DNA of 64,000 nucleotides. Origin: an uncultured Candidatus Saccharibacteria bacterium (GTDB lineage Bacteria; Patescibacteriota; Minisyncoccia; Phycocordibacterales; CSBR16-119). The translations under genes were made by a program, and so were the position numbers. Positions 41,077 to 50,583 of the stretch are shown one piece after another. Below the pieces are notes generated by a model that did not search any database, had not been told where the DNA came from, and worked only from the letters and a program-made list of their open reading frames with translations. The stretch covers positions 19,039 to 83,038 of the forward strand of contig CAZLAD010000004.1 in assembly GCA_964557535.1 (NCBI GenBank), read 5' to 3'. Within the stretch, counting starts at the first letter, position 1. Each line of letters begins with the position of its first letter.

Positions 41077-43767
41077 TTATTGATTAAATAGTCTAATTAA
41101 TTCATCAAAGTTTTTTGCCAGATTTTCTTCATATTCTTCTTGTTGTACATATAAAGCCCTATATATAACTCGACTTTGTCGATCATTCACATCCGCACAC
41201 CACTGCTTCAATCGTTCAAACTTGATTTTGTCGTTTTCTTCTTCGCGTCCCTTTGTTTCTATGATGTACACCTGCTTGTCATCAACCTTCACAAAGAAGT
41301 CAGGATAATAAGTCGCAATGAACCCTTCTGCATTTTTATACTCAATACGAAGAGCGGTTGCTTCTTTGTTTTGAAAGTTCTTTGCAAATGAAATGATATC
41401 ATCGCAACCTTCAAGGAAGTTTGCAAATTCAAGCTCAAAGTTACTATCACCCACAATGTGGTTAAAGACAGTCTTTTTAGGATGCGCTAAGAACGCCTTA
41501 TCATTAACAACAAACGGACGTGCTTCACTAATTTTGATATAGTTTTTTATTTCAGTATCTCCTATATCTTGTACGGTCAATTCATTGATATGTTTTTTGA
41601 ATACATCCTTGATGAGTTTTATATACTCAACTTCAGACAAATTGCGGAGCACATTGAGGTCTGCAAGGTCCACAGATTGCTCGAACATATTGTTTGCAAT
41701 AAAATCTTTCACCTTACCGAAAAGAATGTCGTAACAGCTAAATAAGCGCATTTCGCGCATTATTGCTTGAGTAAAGAACCCAACTACACTCTGATAATTT
41801 GGCTCAATGTCACCATTCAAAATGGTAGTGTGATGAACCGATTCAGCAACCACATCTTTGAAGACAATCTCTCGTTTTTCTTGCTCGGAGAATGTCTTTA
41901 TTTTTACCTTCTCGTTTCCGAAAGTAGAAACGTCTAGGTTTGCAAGATTTTTGTATTCTCGTTGTATACGAGCTGTCATTACAGGGAGCTCAATATCAAG
42001 CTTCTCAATGTCTTTCTTTTCGTTTTCCTTATCAACTTCAATGACCATCGGTGATATAGGTTTTGAACCAGTTCCCATCAATCGCTTCTCAAGGAGCACG
42101 CCTTCACCCTTGATACTTTCAACAAAATCCATAAAGGCAGGAGTGCCAATCACGCTCACATATTCATCAATATCATCTCTCCCGAAATACATTCTTCGCA
42201 AACCCCGCCCAAGTGTTTGCTCAGGAAGGATTTTACTATCAGAAGCGTACGGACGAAGCCCTACAATAGTGGTCACATTTTTCACATCCCAACCCTCCTT
42301 GAGCATCATTACTGAAACAATGGCTTTATACGGACTTTCCCAGCTATCGATTTCATTTGATTCTTTTCGAAGTTTATCAAGCTCATCTTTATTTTTTGCT
42401 GTTACACTTTCTGATATTTCTCCTTTCTGGTTTGTATGAATAGTAAGGACAGCGCCTTTAAGTTCTGGATAGTTCATCTCCAAATAATCTGCAACATCAT
42501 CACAGTTTTTGGTGTCATCAGTCATTATAAAAAGAAGTGATTTCTTTCCAGTTGGTTCAAGTCGCTTGAAAGTTTTTCTCCATTCTTCAACTCCAAGGTT
42601 GATATGGTCTCTCCATTTTTCCGTAAAGACTACACTTTGACCTTCTTTGAGTTTTCCCCGACTCGCTTCATCAGGTACAACTGGCTGTTTTACTACTCGT
42701 TGGTGAATTGCTTCAACCAAAGGATAATCAGAAATTGTTTGAACAAAAATTGAGCCTTTACTGTTTTTTGGAGTAGCGGTAACATCAAGCTGAAGTGAAA
42801 GCCCTCCACCTTTTTGTTTGAGTTTGTTATCAATATCACGAATAGATTTGAGCCACGCATTTTCTTCGTGAATATGATGAGCCTCGTCATTGATAACAAT
42901 AAGTTCATCAATATCTCTGACCACCATCCCTAAATCAACCGTACCTTCGTTTGTCTTTGTTACAGGTTTATCGCCAAGGAAGTATTCTGAACTATCTTCA
43001 TCTTCAGCACTATAATCTTTTACATCACTTTCAAATACTCTGTGGATGTTGGTAAGAAATATGTTCCCAGTATCAGAAACGTTCTTAAGATCATCTTGGA
43101 GGTGTAGTGTAATCTGAAAATCGTCCTGCCAGTTTTGACCCATATAACCATTATCAGGAAGAACAGGGTCTTGAAAGAATATCTTGTTGCCTTCAAAGTC
43201 ATTCTTGATACGCTCAAACACGATAACGTTTGGAGCAATGAGTAAGAAGTTCTTTGCTAGATTAGAGCCTTCTTCGTATAGTTCATGGAAATATGCCCAA
43301 GCGACAACAAGGCTCATTACCTTGGTTTTACCAGCTCCTGTGGCCATTTTAACAACAAATCGAAGCCACTCTTCAGTAAACATTTGAGCACTTAAAATCC
43401 CACTTGAATTGTATCTCATTAGATGGTGTTTGTCTCTTACTTTAGCAACCTCATAGAGCCACACAACAGTCTCAATTGCTTCTCTTTGAGAGAAATAATA
43501 TCGGAAATTATAGGAAAAACCGTCCTGATTGTAGAGGATGTGTTCTTCCTTGAACCACCACGTCAAAAGGGCTTTTGAGGTCTCACTTGCTCCTTCATAG
43601 TTATTATCCCGCCACGATTTAACTTGTCTTCTAAGTTCAGCGACCAGAGGAGGAATTAATCTCTCATAATCAGCTGTATTTCTTAAATCCTCAGTAGCAG
43701 GAAACCACCTGATTTCAGGGTTGAGAATTGCATATGGGTCTTTTGGAAAATCTTTGTGTAGTGCCAT
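41077..43767 (-). CDS. res: Type III restriction enzyme Res subunit (SF2 helicase plus PD-(D/E)XK nuclease)
   Basis: KMATGAGKT, DEAHH, TATP, EGWDV, QTLGRGLR, YPDF...IETKG. Confidence 0.9.
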   Translation of the reverse strand: MALHKDFPKDPYAILNPEIRWFPATEDLRNTADYERLIPPLVAELRRQVKSWRDNNYEGASETSKALLTWWFKEEHILYNQDGFSYNFRYYFSQREAIETVVWLYEVAKVRDKHHLMRYNSSGILSAQMFTEEWLRFVVKMATGAGKTKVMSLVVAWAYFHELYEEGSNLAKNFLLIAPNVIVFERIKNDFEGNKIFFQDPVLPDNGYMGQNWQDDFQITLHLQDDLKNVSDTGNIFLTNIHRVFESDVKDYSAEDEDSSEYFLGDKPVTKTNEGTVDLGMVVRDIDELIVINDEAHHIHEENAWLKSIRDIDNKLKQKGGGLSLQLDVTATPKNSKGSIFVQTISDYPLVEAIHQRVVKQPVVPDEASRGKLKEGQSVVFTEKWRDHINLGVEEWRKTFKRLEPTGKKSLLFIMTDDTKNCDDVADYLEMNYPELKGAVLTIHTNQKGEISESVTAKNKDELDKLRKESNEIDSWESPYKAIVSVMMLKEGWDVKNVTTIVGLRPYASDSKILPEQTLGRGLRRMYFGRDDIDEYVSVIGTPAFMDFVESIKGEGVLLEKRLMGTGSKPISPMVIEVDKENEKKDIEKLDIELPVMTARIQREYKNLANLDVSTFGNEKVKIKTFSEQEKREIVFKDVVAESVHHTTILNGDIEPNYQSVVGFFTQAIMREMRLFSCYDILFGKVKDFIANNMFEQSVDLADLNVLRNLSEVEYIKLIKDVFKKHINELTVQDIGDTEIKNYIKISEARPFVVNDKAFLAHPKKTVFNHIVGDSNFELEFANFLEGCDDIISFAKNFQNKEATALRIEYKNAEGFIATYYPDFFVKVDDKQVYIIETKGREEENDKIKFERLKQWCADVNDRQSRVIYRALYVQQEEYEENLAKNFDELIRLFNQ

Positions 43768-43771
43768 AAAA

Positions 43772-44725
43772 TTAAAACGGATTTTCGGCGAATAATTCTT
43801 GTTTTCTTTTTAAAACCTGTTCATTAACAGCAAATCCTTTACTTAATAATTCCTCTCCTAACCAATGATAACCAGATATTTCTTTGAATTGATTATTAAC
43901 AGTTGATTCAATATAAAAATGCTCCCAATCTTCCAACTGAAGTTTTCCATTTTTAAACAATTCATTAAAAAATGTTTTACCTGAACTAGACTCAATAATC
44001 TGATTATACATACCACCATTTTTAAGAGAGTTAACAAGTATTTTTTTCTGGTTTTCTATACTTATTGATTCTAAATTTTTTTCTAAAAACTTAAGCGGCG
44101 CCTTCGCAGCCTCAAAACTTGGTATGGTTGGCAAGCTATCAATTAATTTTGCAATTAGAAAATCCTTGTCATCATTAGATAAGCTAATTTCCCCAGAATA
44201 AAATTTAGAAAAATCTGTTGGGGAGATATATGTATTTCTATGTTCTTCTTGTAATTTTTGGAAAATTACACATATTTCTCTTAAGAAATTTACTATGTCA
44301 TTTTCTTGATTAGCTAGAGTTGGATCACAAACATGGCCAGCAGTATGACGATCTTGTTTTAAGCTTTTTAATTTTTTTAAAAAATTACTATCGATGGGAT
44401 AAAGAATGTTTAGAAAATTTATAACCTCATCATCATCGAGCTGGTTATATGCATACAAATTTTTTTTATCATATTTTGCTATATCATATTTTTCAGCCTT
44501 AAAAATAGTGTTCCATTTTTGAGTAAAAACATCTTCATCGATTATATACCGTACCTGTTGTATCTTTTCATAAACAAAAAGCATAAAAAGTTTCCAAAAT
44601 AAAATTACAGAAAAATCAAAAATCTTGTTTTCTAGTGAGCCATCAAGCTGGCTACCGTAATTAGAATAGTTAATTATCAATCTTGGCAAATTTTCTATTT
44701 TCTGTTTAAAGTCTTCGTTAATCAT
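43772..44725 (-). CDS. Putative HEPN-domain protein inside the R-M operon
   Basis: Very AT-rich ORF overlapping the mod stop (ATGA); helical, with RHTAGH matching Rx4H. Confidence 0.55.
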   Translation of the reverse strand: MINEDFKQKIENLPRLIINYSNYGSQLDGSLENKIFDFSVILFWKLFMLFVYEKIQQVRYIIDEDVFTQKWNTIFKAEKYDIAKYDKKNLYAYNQLDDDEVINFLNILYPIDSNFLKKLKSLKQDRHTAGHVCDPTLANQENDIVNFLREICVIFQKLQEEHRNTYISPTDFSKFYSGEISLSNDDKDFLIAKLIDSLPTIPSFEAAKAPLKFLEKNLESISIENQKKILVNSLKNGGMYNQIIESSSGKTFFNELFKNGKLQLEDWEHFYIESTVNNQFKEISGYHWLGEELLSKGFAVNEQVLKRKQELFAENPF

Positions 44726-46836
44726 AACTTTACATCAATTACTCTGGTAGTGTCGTTTCCGAATATGTCTACGACCTTTATTGCAATCTTGTAGTCTCCT
44801 TTGGGAAGCTCTTTGGGAGCAGAGACCAGTTCAAGATTTCTATTCTTCTTAGTACGGAATGTTTGCCATTCGTTATCGAAGATATAGTCTCCAGTCCAGA
44901 CTTCTTTCTCTTCACCATCCTCAATAACCTTGATGATTTCCTTACGGTCCGTAAAGTTATAATCAACCGCCCAGTAATCAATCCAGTCACTCCATTTCTT
45001 TGTGAGTTGCTCCGGTGGATTACTATTCCCTTCTTTATCAGTGGTTACTTTCCAGATTTGTCCTTGATCTACAATAATTTTTGTTTTATTTTTTTGACCT
45101 GTCAAATCCTCTACTACACTATCTAAAACATTTTGTGAGTAAAATACAGAGAAATCAGTGAGCTCAATTGAAAGCTCTTTCATATTTCCACGTCCAGAAA
45201 TAATTGGTTTGATGTCGATATATGCAACATCATAGAAGTTCACGTGACCACGCTCTACAGCTCGTTTATCGAATACTTCACGAGGAATAATCTTGAAAGC
45301 AACATCAATACCTTCGTCAGCGTATTCACTGAAGTTCATTCCCATTTCGTAGTCAAAGCCGAGAACATCAATCTTAGTGAGATTTTTGCTCTTACATTCA
45401 TCAACAATCTCACGAATAAACTTTGAAGATACAGGGAGGTTGATTGGACCCACCGCAACCAAACGGTCACGCTTTTTACCTACAATATGAGCGAAGCTTT
45501 CTACGGCTTCTGCTTTGTATGCAGAAAGAATAAGTTTGATAAAATCTTTCTCTTTTCGTTCTGCTTGTTTTGCTTTTTCTTCAGCTCGCAAGTCATCGTT
45601 GGTAGTGAGGAAGCTTTCTCGTTCATATTTACCGATGTTCAAAATCTCAAAAGCACGGAAGTCTTTTCCAGCTTTTTTGAGTTCACGCTGAACACCCACC
45701 ATTCGCTTTCGTGATGTATGAATACCAAACTTTCCAAGGTCTGTACCAATCCACTTACGACCAAGCTTTTCTGCAACAGCTAAAGTTGTACCTGAGCCAC
45801 AGAAGAAATCAGCAACTAAATCACCTTGATTAGAAGATGCACTGATAATTCGTTCAAGAAATGCTTCAGGCTTTTGTGTTGGATACTTTACTGCTTCATC
45901 GTGACTAGATACTACAATGTTGAACTCAAAAACATCTGTTGCAGGTTTTCCTTGTTCATTCATATAGGTGTTATAGACCCTACCGTCTGACATTCTGTTT
46001 TCTTTGTACCTACGACCATTTTCATCAACTTTATTGAAACGAGCGAGAGTTGCTTCAGCAAACTCTTCAAACTGCTGATTGAATTGATAATTTTCAGATT
46101 TTGAATAAAAGAAAACAGTATCGTGCTTTCTTGCAAAAAAACGAGTTGAGCTTGCACCTCCGCTATATTTCCAAATAATTTCATTTCTGAAATTATCCTT
46201 ACCAAAAATCTCATCAAGAACCAATCTTATATGTCCTGAAAGTCTCCAGTCACAATGAACATAAATACTTCCATCTTCAGCAAGTAATGAGTGCATCAGC
46301 TTGATACGCTCATAAATCATCGCAATAAAACTATCTGCACCTTTACCCCAAGTGTCTCTATATGCGATTTCTTCAATTACAGATGGTTTTTTAGTGAAGC
46401 TCTCGGCATCTCCACCATCACCAATTTCTATATCCATTGAGAAGTCAGCCCCAACGTCAAACGGTGGGTCGATATAGATGAGCTTGAGCCCACCTTGAGC
46501 CTCAATCTCTTTACGCATAGGACCATTCTTGAGGGATGAGAGGATGAGTTTGTTATCTCCCCAAATGAGCTTATTGGTCCAACCAGTTATTTGTTTACCA
46601 GAGAAATCAAAGAGAGTTCCTTTATCTCCAAACTCTTTACCTTCACGAGGTTCATCAATCTGCTCGATTACTTGGAATGGAAGAACTACGTTAGTGACTT
46701 CGTTAGACTTTCCATTCCAAACAAGCTCAACTTCACGGTCATCTTTGAAGAGCAGGAAGCGATATTTCTCTGGGAGAGGTTTACCAGCTTCTAGGTATTT
46801 TATGATGTCTCGTTTTTCTGAATCCGTAAGTTTCAT
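44722..46836 (-). CDS. mod: Type III R-M adenine methyltransferase Mod subunit
   Basis: IYIDPPF (motif IV) precedes YPTQKP and DFFCGSGT (motif I), i.e. beta class. Confidence 0.92.
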   Translation of the reverse strand: MKLTDSEKRDIIKYLEAGKPLPEKYRFLLFKDDREVELVWNGKSNEVTNVVLPFQVIEQIDEPREGKEFGDKGTLFDFSGKQITGWTNKLIWGDNKLILSSLKNGPMRKEIEAQGGLKLIYIDPPFDVGADFSMDIEIGDGGDAESFTKKPSVIEEIAYRDTWGKGADSFIAMIYERIKLMHSLLAEDGSIYVHCDWRLSGHIRLVLDEIFGKDNFRNEIIWKYSGGASSTRFFARKHDTVFFYSKSENYQFNQQFEEFAEATLARFNKVDENGRRYKENRMSDGRVYNTYMNEQGKPATDVFEFNIVVSSHDEAVKYPTQKPEAFLERIISASSNQGDLVADFFCGSGTTLAVAEKLGRKWIGTDLGKFGIHTSRKRMVGVQRELKKAGKDFRAFEILNIGKYERESFLTTNDDLRAEEKAKQAERKEKDFIKLILSAYKAEAVESFAHIVGKKRDRLVAVGPINLPVSSKFIREIVDECKSKNLTKIDVLGFDYEMGMNFSEYADEGIDVAFKIIPREVFDKRAVERGHVNFYDVAYIDIKPIISGRGNMKELSIELTDFSVFYSQNVLDSVVEDLTGQKNKTKIIVDQGQIWKVTTDKEGNSNPPEQLTKKWSDWIDYWAVDYNFTDRKEIIKVIEDGEEKEVWTGDYIFDNEWQTFRTKKNRNLELVSAPKELPKGDYKIAIKVVDIFGNDTTRVIDVKL

Positions 46837-46879
46837 TACTTAGATAATGCCTTAAATGGGTGGTTTTTACAAGAAACGA

Positions 46880-47075
46880 AAAACCCGGGAGCGCACGCGC
46901 TCCCGGGGCGGATGGCTGGATTTTTCCCGGTCCTGTTCTGAGCGTACAAGGACGATCAGAACGTAGGCTCTCTTATTCCTTTTCGCTCGCCACTACTCAG
47001 GGGGTCCGTCGTCGCCTTGGAATGCATTACTGCCCCAACTAGCTGTTGGCCACCGTCCTAAACGCTTGTTAGTCA
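46880..47075 (-). ncRNA. Candidate structured ncRNA ending in a terminator
   Basis: GC-rich stretch with no convincing ORF in an AT-rich context; GTTCTGA/TCAGAAC stem whose loop GTCCT can pair with the following AGGAC; hairpin plus U-tract at 46880-46908. Confidence 0.35.
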
Positions 47076-47159
47076 AAATCTGAATTACTTTCTTTTTAAA
47101 TTTCTCACATCTTCAATATTGTTATTTCTCCGCATATGCGAACTCATAACAATACAGTT

Positions 47160-47192
47160 TTATTTATTCTTTTTGTACTCCTCCAAACTTTT
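47160..47192 (-). pseudogene. Diverged duplicate of the trmD 3' end
   Basis: Encodes KSLEEYKKNK* versus trmD KDLEEYKKGK*; 27/33 nt identical. Confidence 0.75.
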
Positions 47193-47265
47193 TAAATGAA
47201 ACGAAAAAGCCCCCGCCGGTTTTGCAACCTAGCGGGGACTTGAACAAAGACCGAAAGTGGTGGAA

Positions 47266-47751
47266 TCAATTGAGCCACCACCGACCGTTCTTGCGATCTG
47301 CATCACCAGTGCTCGACGGGCTATCGGTGTCGGTGTCGCGCTTCATGCTATAGAAAGCGCGTCTCATCGTCTCCGAATACAATACGAGGATCGGGACCTT
47401 GTTGGATCCACCACCAGCTGTGACGTGACCACGCAGTACCCAGTTCTTGCTACCGAAGGTGACGAAGTGGAGCATCTCGTACATAATCCGAGGGAAAGCT
47501 TGGCTCCAATAGTTCTCCCCTTTTACCGGAGGACGACCAAAGCGAGAGTTGAAGAGATTCTCTTCTTCTGTTTCAACCACGCCAGCACCTTCAATGTACA
47601 GATTCATCCTCGCATCATCACCGGTGTTGAGTTTGACCGTGGCCGAAACTTCGATCTTGGGCAAAACACCTTTTTCCGCAAGATCCCACATGTGAGGATC
47701 AAAATCCACTTTCATCACGCCTTCCGAGAGGACGAACTTTTTCTTCTGCAT
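47266..47751 (-). CDS. Hypothetical protein (stand-alone module)
   Basis: TTGACA (47805) / TATAAT (47783), leader AATAAAACCCACACACAG-ATG, hairpin at 47204-47241. Confidence 0.7.
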   Translation of the reverse strand: MQKKKFVLSEGVMKVDFDPHMWDLAEKGVLPKIEVSATVKLNTGDDARMNLYIEGAGVVETEEENLFNSRFGRPPVKGENYWSQAFPRIMYEMLHFVTFGSKNWVLRGHVTAGGGSNKVPILVLYSETMRRAFYSMKRDTDTDSPSSTGDADRKNGRWWLN

Positions 47752-47827
47752 CTGTGTGTGGGTTTTATTCTGCTTTTATTATATATACTTTTATAATTCT
47801 GTCAATATACACAACTATAACGAACGA

Positions 47828-48493
47828 TTATTTCCCCTTCTTGTACTCCTCCAAATCTTTGTGGTTGCCGGAGAGGAAGACTTTTGGGACTTTGTGTCTT
47901 TTGCCCTTATGTTCGTAAATTTCTGGGCGGGTATACATTTCCCCGCTTGAGACGCGTGATTCTTCGAGTGATTCGATTTTCCCAAGCACTCCTGGGATCT
48001 GACGTGAGACGGTGTCGATCACAATCATCGCTGGGATTTCTCCGCCGGTCAGGACATAATCGCCGACAGACAATTCTTGCGCTTTTGTGATTTTCTTCAC
48101 GCGCGCGTCGATGCCCTCGTAGCGTCCACAAATCAAAATCAAATCCGTGTATTTTTTCGCCGAAGTTTTCGCGTATTCTGTCGTGAGTTTTTTACCCCCC
48201 GGCGCAAAGATGATTGTCTTTGGCTTTTCTAAATTCTTGCTCGCTTTTTCCCACGCGCGAATAATCGGATCAGCGATCATCACCATCCCCGGACCTCCGC
48301 CGTAAGGTCTGTCGTCGATTTTCGACGAAATATTTCCATCTGGCCAGACTTTGCGGAGTTTGCCACGCACAAAATCCCGCGGGTTATAAAACTTCACTTT
48401 TATCTTCTTCTCCTTGATCGCCCGCGCCAAAATAGACTCGGATAAATAAGCCTCTACAACGCTTGGAAATAATGTAATTACATGAAAATTCAT
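47828..48493 (-). CDS. trmD: tRNA (guanine-N1)-methyltransferase
   Basis: DDRPYGGGPGMV, CGRYEGID, SVGDYVLTGGE, YTRP. Confidence 0.97.
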   Translation of the reverse strand: MNFHVITLFPSVVEAYLSESILARAIKEKKIKVKFYNPRDFVRGKLRKVWPDGNISSKIDDRPYGGGPGMVMIADPIIRAWEKASKNLEKPKTIIFAPGGKKLTTEYAKTSAKKYTDLILICGRYEGIDARVKKITKAQELSVGDYVLTGGEIPAMIVIDTVSRQIPGVLGKIESLEESRVSSGEMYTRPEIYEHKGKRHKVPKVFLSGNHKDLEEYKKGK

Positions 48494-48680
48494 ACTTGAA
48501 AATTGTACTTGCCCGTCCGAAGCTTTAGCGAAGGCGGGATGATGTGAAATATCATTGAATAGCCGTTAGCTGTTGGCCATTAGCCTTTAGCGAAACGTTA
48601 TTAAAGATTATATTTTTTAGGAAAAATTGCAATGAAGAAGCCCCGGGCGAACCGGGGCTCCACACTGAATGATCAGTCGG

Positions 48681-49148
48681 TCACTGCTTCTTCCTCCACG
48701 CCGGGCCTTTTTCCCTAGAGACGAACACGCGTCCGTCATTTAGGGTATCGATGACCTCTAAGTATACGATACGACCTGTGGGGTCGTATTCGTAACCTTC
48801 CAGCGGAGAAGCCTCTCTGATGGAGTCTTGCCGGCGCTCTTCGACGAGCGCCTTTTCGACCTCCAGCCGAATCATCTCCTCGACGGAGATGGTCGCGACA
48901 GAATCAGTCGCGGTGCTGTCCGAGGCGGCAGTCTCGGCAGAGGTGCCGTCCTGACCTTCGTCGGTCGAAGACCAGAACTTCCAGGAGTCTGGGTAGAAAT
49001 TCCAGGAAGACGGCCAGTAGGTGTAGGCGACCACCAAGACGATCCCTACGAGGATCAACTTGACGGCCTTCCACACGCTAGCCGAATTCTGGGAAGACCA
49101 CTCCCGGATTCGTCCCCACCTTGTGGTGTAATCAGCGGTACGTTGCAT
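48681..49148 (-). CDS. Hypothetical single-pass membrane protein (stand-alone module)
   Basis: TTGACA-17-TATGAT (49216-49188), leader CACCTAACACAAACACACCAAC-ATG, hairpin at 48637-48660. Confidence 0.7.
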   Translation of the reverse strand: MQRTADYTTRWGRIREWSSQNSASVWKAVKLILVGIVLVVAYTYWPSSWNFYPDSWKFWSSTDEGQDGTSAETAASDSTATDSVATISVEEMIRLEVEKALVEERRQDSIREASPLEGYEYDPTGRIVYLEVIDTLNDGRVFVSREKGPAWRKKQ

Positions 49149-49235
49149 GTTGGTGTGTTTGTGTTAGGTGCTAGTGCTGTCGGTCGAATCATAGCATAAT
49201 CAATGCCCTCTGTCAAGTAACAAGACTTCCCCAAC

Positions 49236-49279
49236 AAACTAGCAAAAACCACCCAGAAATGGGTGGTTTTTGCTAGTTT
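49236..49279. terminator. Terminator after rpsP-khpA
   Basis: AAACTAGCAAAAACCACCC-AGAAAT-GGGTGGTTTTTGCTAGTTT. Confidence 0.75.
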
Positions 49280-49295
49280 ACGTACTACGTACTTA

Positions 49296-49622
49296 TTAAA
49301 TTCCTTTTAGATCTTCCATCGTCTGGTCAACATCAGCAGATGCTACTGGTGTGCCCATTCCGGCTGGTTTGACATATCCTTCTGGTTCTTCGATTTTCAA
49401 GTTTACACGTGAATTGTTCTTCATACCGATGACTCGTAGAAGTGTACGCATAGCTTTCGCTGTGTTTCCTTGTCGGCCGATGATTTTGCCCATGTCTTCG
49501 CCATTTACTGACAAAGTTAGAAGCACTCCCATTTCGTCAACTTTTCTGTCGAGCTTTACATCATTTGGATGGTCTACTAATGCCTTTACTACATACTCTA
49601 GAAATTCCTGATCTCTTTCCAT
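49296..49622 (-). CDS. khpA: KH-domain RNA-binding protein
   Basis: FLEYVVKALVDHP...DMGKIIGRQGNTAKAMR; downstream of rpsP. Confidence 0.9.
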   Translation of the reverse strand: MERDQEFLEYVVKALVDHPNDVKLDRKVDEMGVLLTLSVNGEDMGKIIGRQGNTAKAMRTLLRVIGMKNNSRVNLKIEEPEGYVKPAGMGTPVASADVDQTMEDLKGI

Positions 49623-49718
49623 AATTATCTGTCTACTATTTTCTAATGAACGCAGTTCTCTGACTAAGAAAACCTGCTGTGTACATTGTACCACGATTAA
49701 ATGAAAACAAAAAGCAGT

Positions 49719-49798
49719 AGCCGGCGAGGTTCGTTTGATTTCCGACCGTTTGGTTGGGTTAGGTTTGGAGGGAGTAAAGCAAATGAACCGAGCCGGCT
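49719..49798. repeat. 80-bp structured repeat, copy 1
   Basis: Shares the core TTTCCGACCGTTTGGTYKGGTTAGGTTWGGAGG and GCGA-GGTT...AACC-GAGC arms with 60938-61017. Confidence 0.8.
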
Positions 49799-49808
49799 TT
49801 TTAAATTA

Positions 49809-50111
49809 TTATTTTGCTTCGGCTTCTTTCTTGGCCTGCTTGGTGCGTTTTGGCAAGACGTTCTTTTTCTTGGCGTCGACGATTTTTTGATCTACGAGAA
49901 AATTGTGAATCGTTCCCGATGCCTGCGCGCCCATTTTCAGCCAGTACTTTATACGGTCGGCTTTCAATTCTACGAGACCAGCCTTTGGATTGTAATTGCC
50001 AAGAATTTCCTGGAATTTACCACTCTGAGCAGAATCTGTGGACTCAGTCAAAACAACCCGAAATGCCGGGGTATTTACGCGTCCAGTTCTTTGTAATCTG
50101 ATTTTTAACAT
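49809..50111 (-). CDS. rpsP: 30S ribosomal protein S16
   Basis: MLKIRLQRTGR..P.FRVV...EILGNYNP...YWLKMGAQAS. Confidence 0.95.
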   Translation of the reverse strand: MLKIRLQRTGRVNTPAFRVVLTESTDSAQSGKFQEILGNYNPKAGLVELKADRIKYWLKMGAQASGTIHNFLVDQKIVDAKKKNVLPKRTKQAKKEAEAK

Positions 50112-50207
50112 GTGATGGATATTAGCAGATATATGTTGAGGCGTCAATAAAAATGGATTGGCCCCGACCTTACGGGATCGGGGCGCAGAAAGTTTTGTAC
50201 TTATTGA

Positions 50208-50513
50208 TCATCGAGCGTAGCTCGGTCTCGATCTTGGCTTCGGTCTTTGGACAGAAGGTCGGTTGAAGCGCCTCTTCTTTCCTTTCTTCTTTCGAGCCTC
50301 GATCTTTTTGTCCCGTTTCTCCTTTTTCCTCTTTTCTCGCTCTTGGCGAAGCTTCTCGATAGTCTCATGATTGACACGAGCATCGATATCGCTAAATGTC
50401 AGGCTTTCGTCTTGATCAGCTTGACCTATCGCGAGTTTGTCAGAGATGCTCACAGTTCTACGAGCATCATCGAGTAGGAGTTCAGGAACTCTGCCTTTGA
50501 TCTCACTGGGCAT
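50208..50513 (-). CDS. Hypothetical protein with a basic tail (stand-alone module)
   Basis: Extended -10 TGGTAGAAT, leader ACAAATCATCCAAGCC-ATG, hairpin at 50161-50185. Confidence 0.5.
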   Translation of the reverse strand: MPSEIKGRVPELLLDDARRTVSISDKLAIGQADQDESLTFSDIDARVNHETIEKLRQEREKRKKEKRDKKIEARKKKGKKRRFNRPSVQRPKPRSRPSYAR

Positions 50514-50583
50514 GGCTTGGATGATTTGTCTCTATTCTACCACACCTCTATAAAGGACAAAAGTAATATGTTAATATTGCCCT

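Noticed and set aside
46908-46945. SRP RNA (CAGGACCGGGAAA...CAGC resembles domain IV)
   Set aside because: The GGAA tetraloop stem and AGCAG pairing do not form.
46975-47005. Hammerhead ribozyme (CTGAGTA...GAAA)
   Set aside because: The core deviates from CUGANGA and stem II is not convincing.
41010-47200. Prophage or integrase-driven island around the R-M system
   Set aside because: No integrase, transposase or phage genes are present; it is treated only as a compositionally distinct defence insertion.
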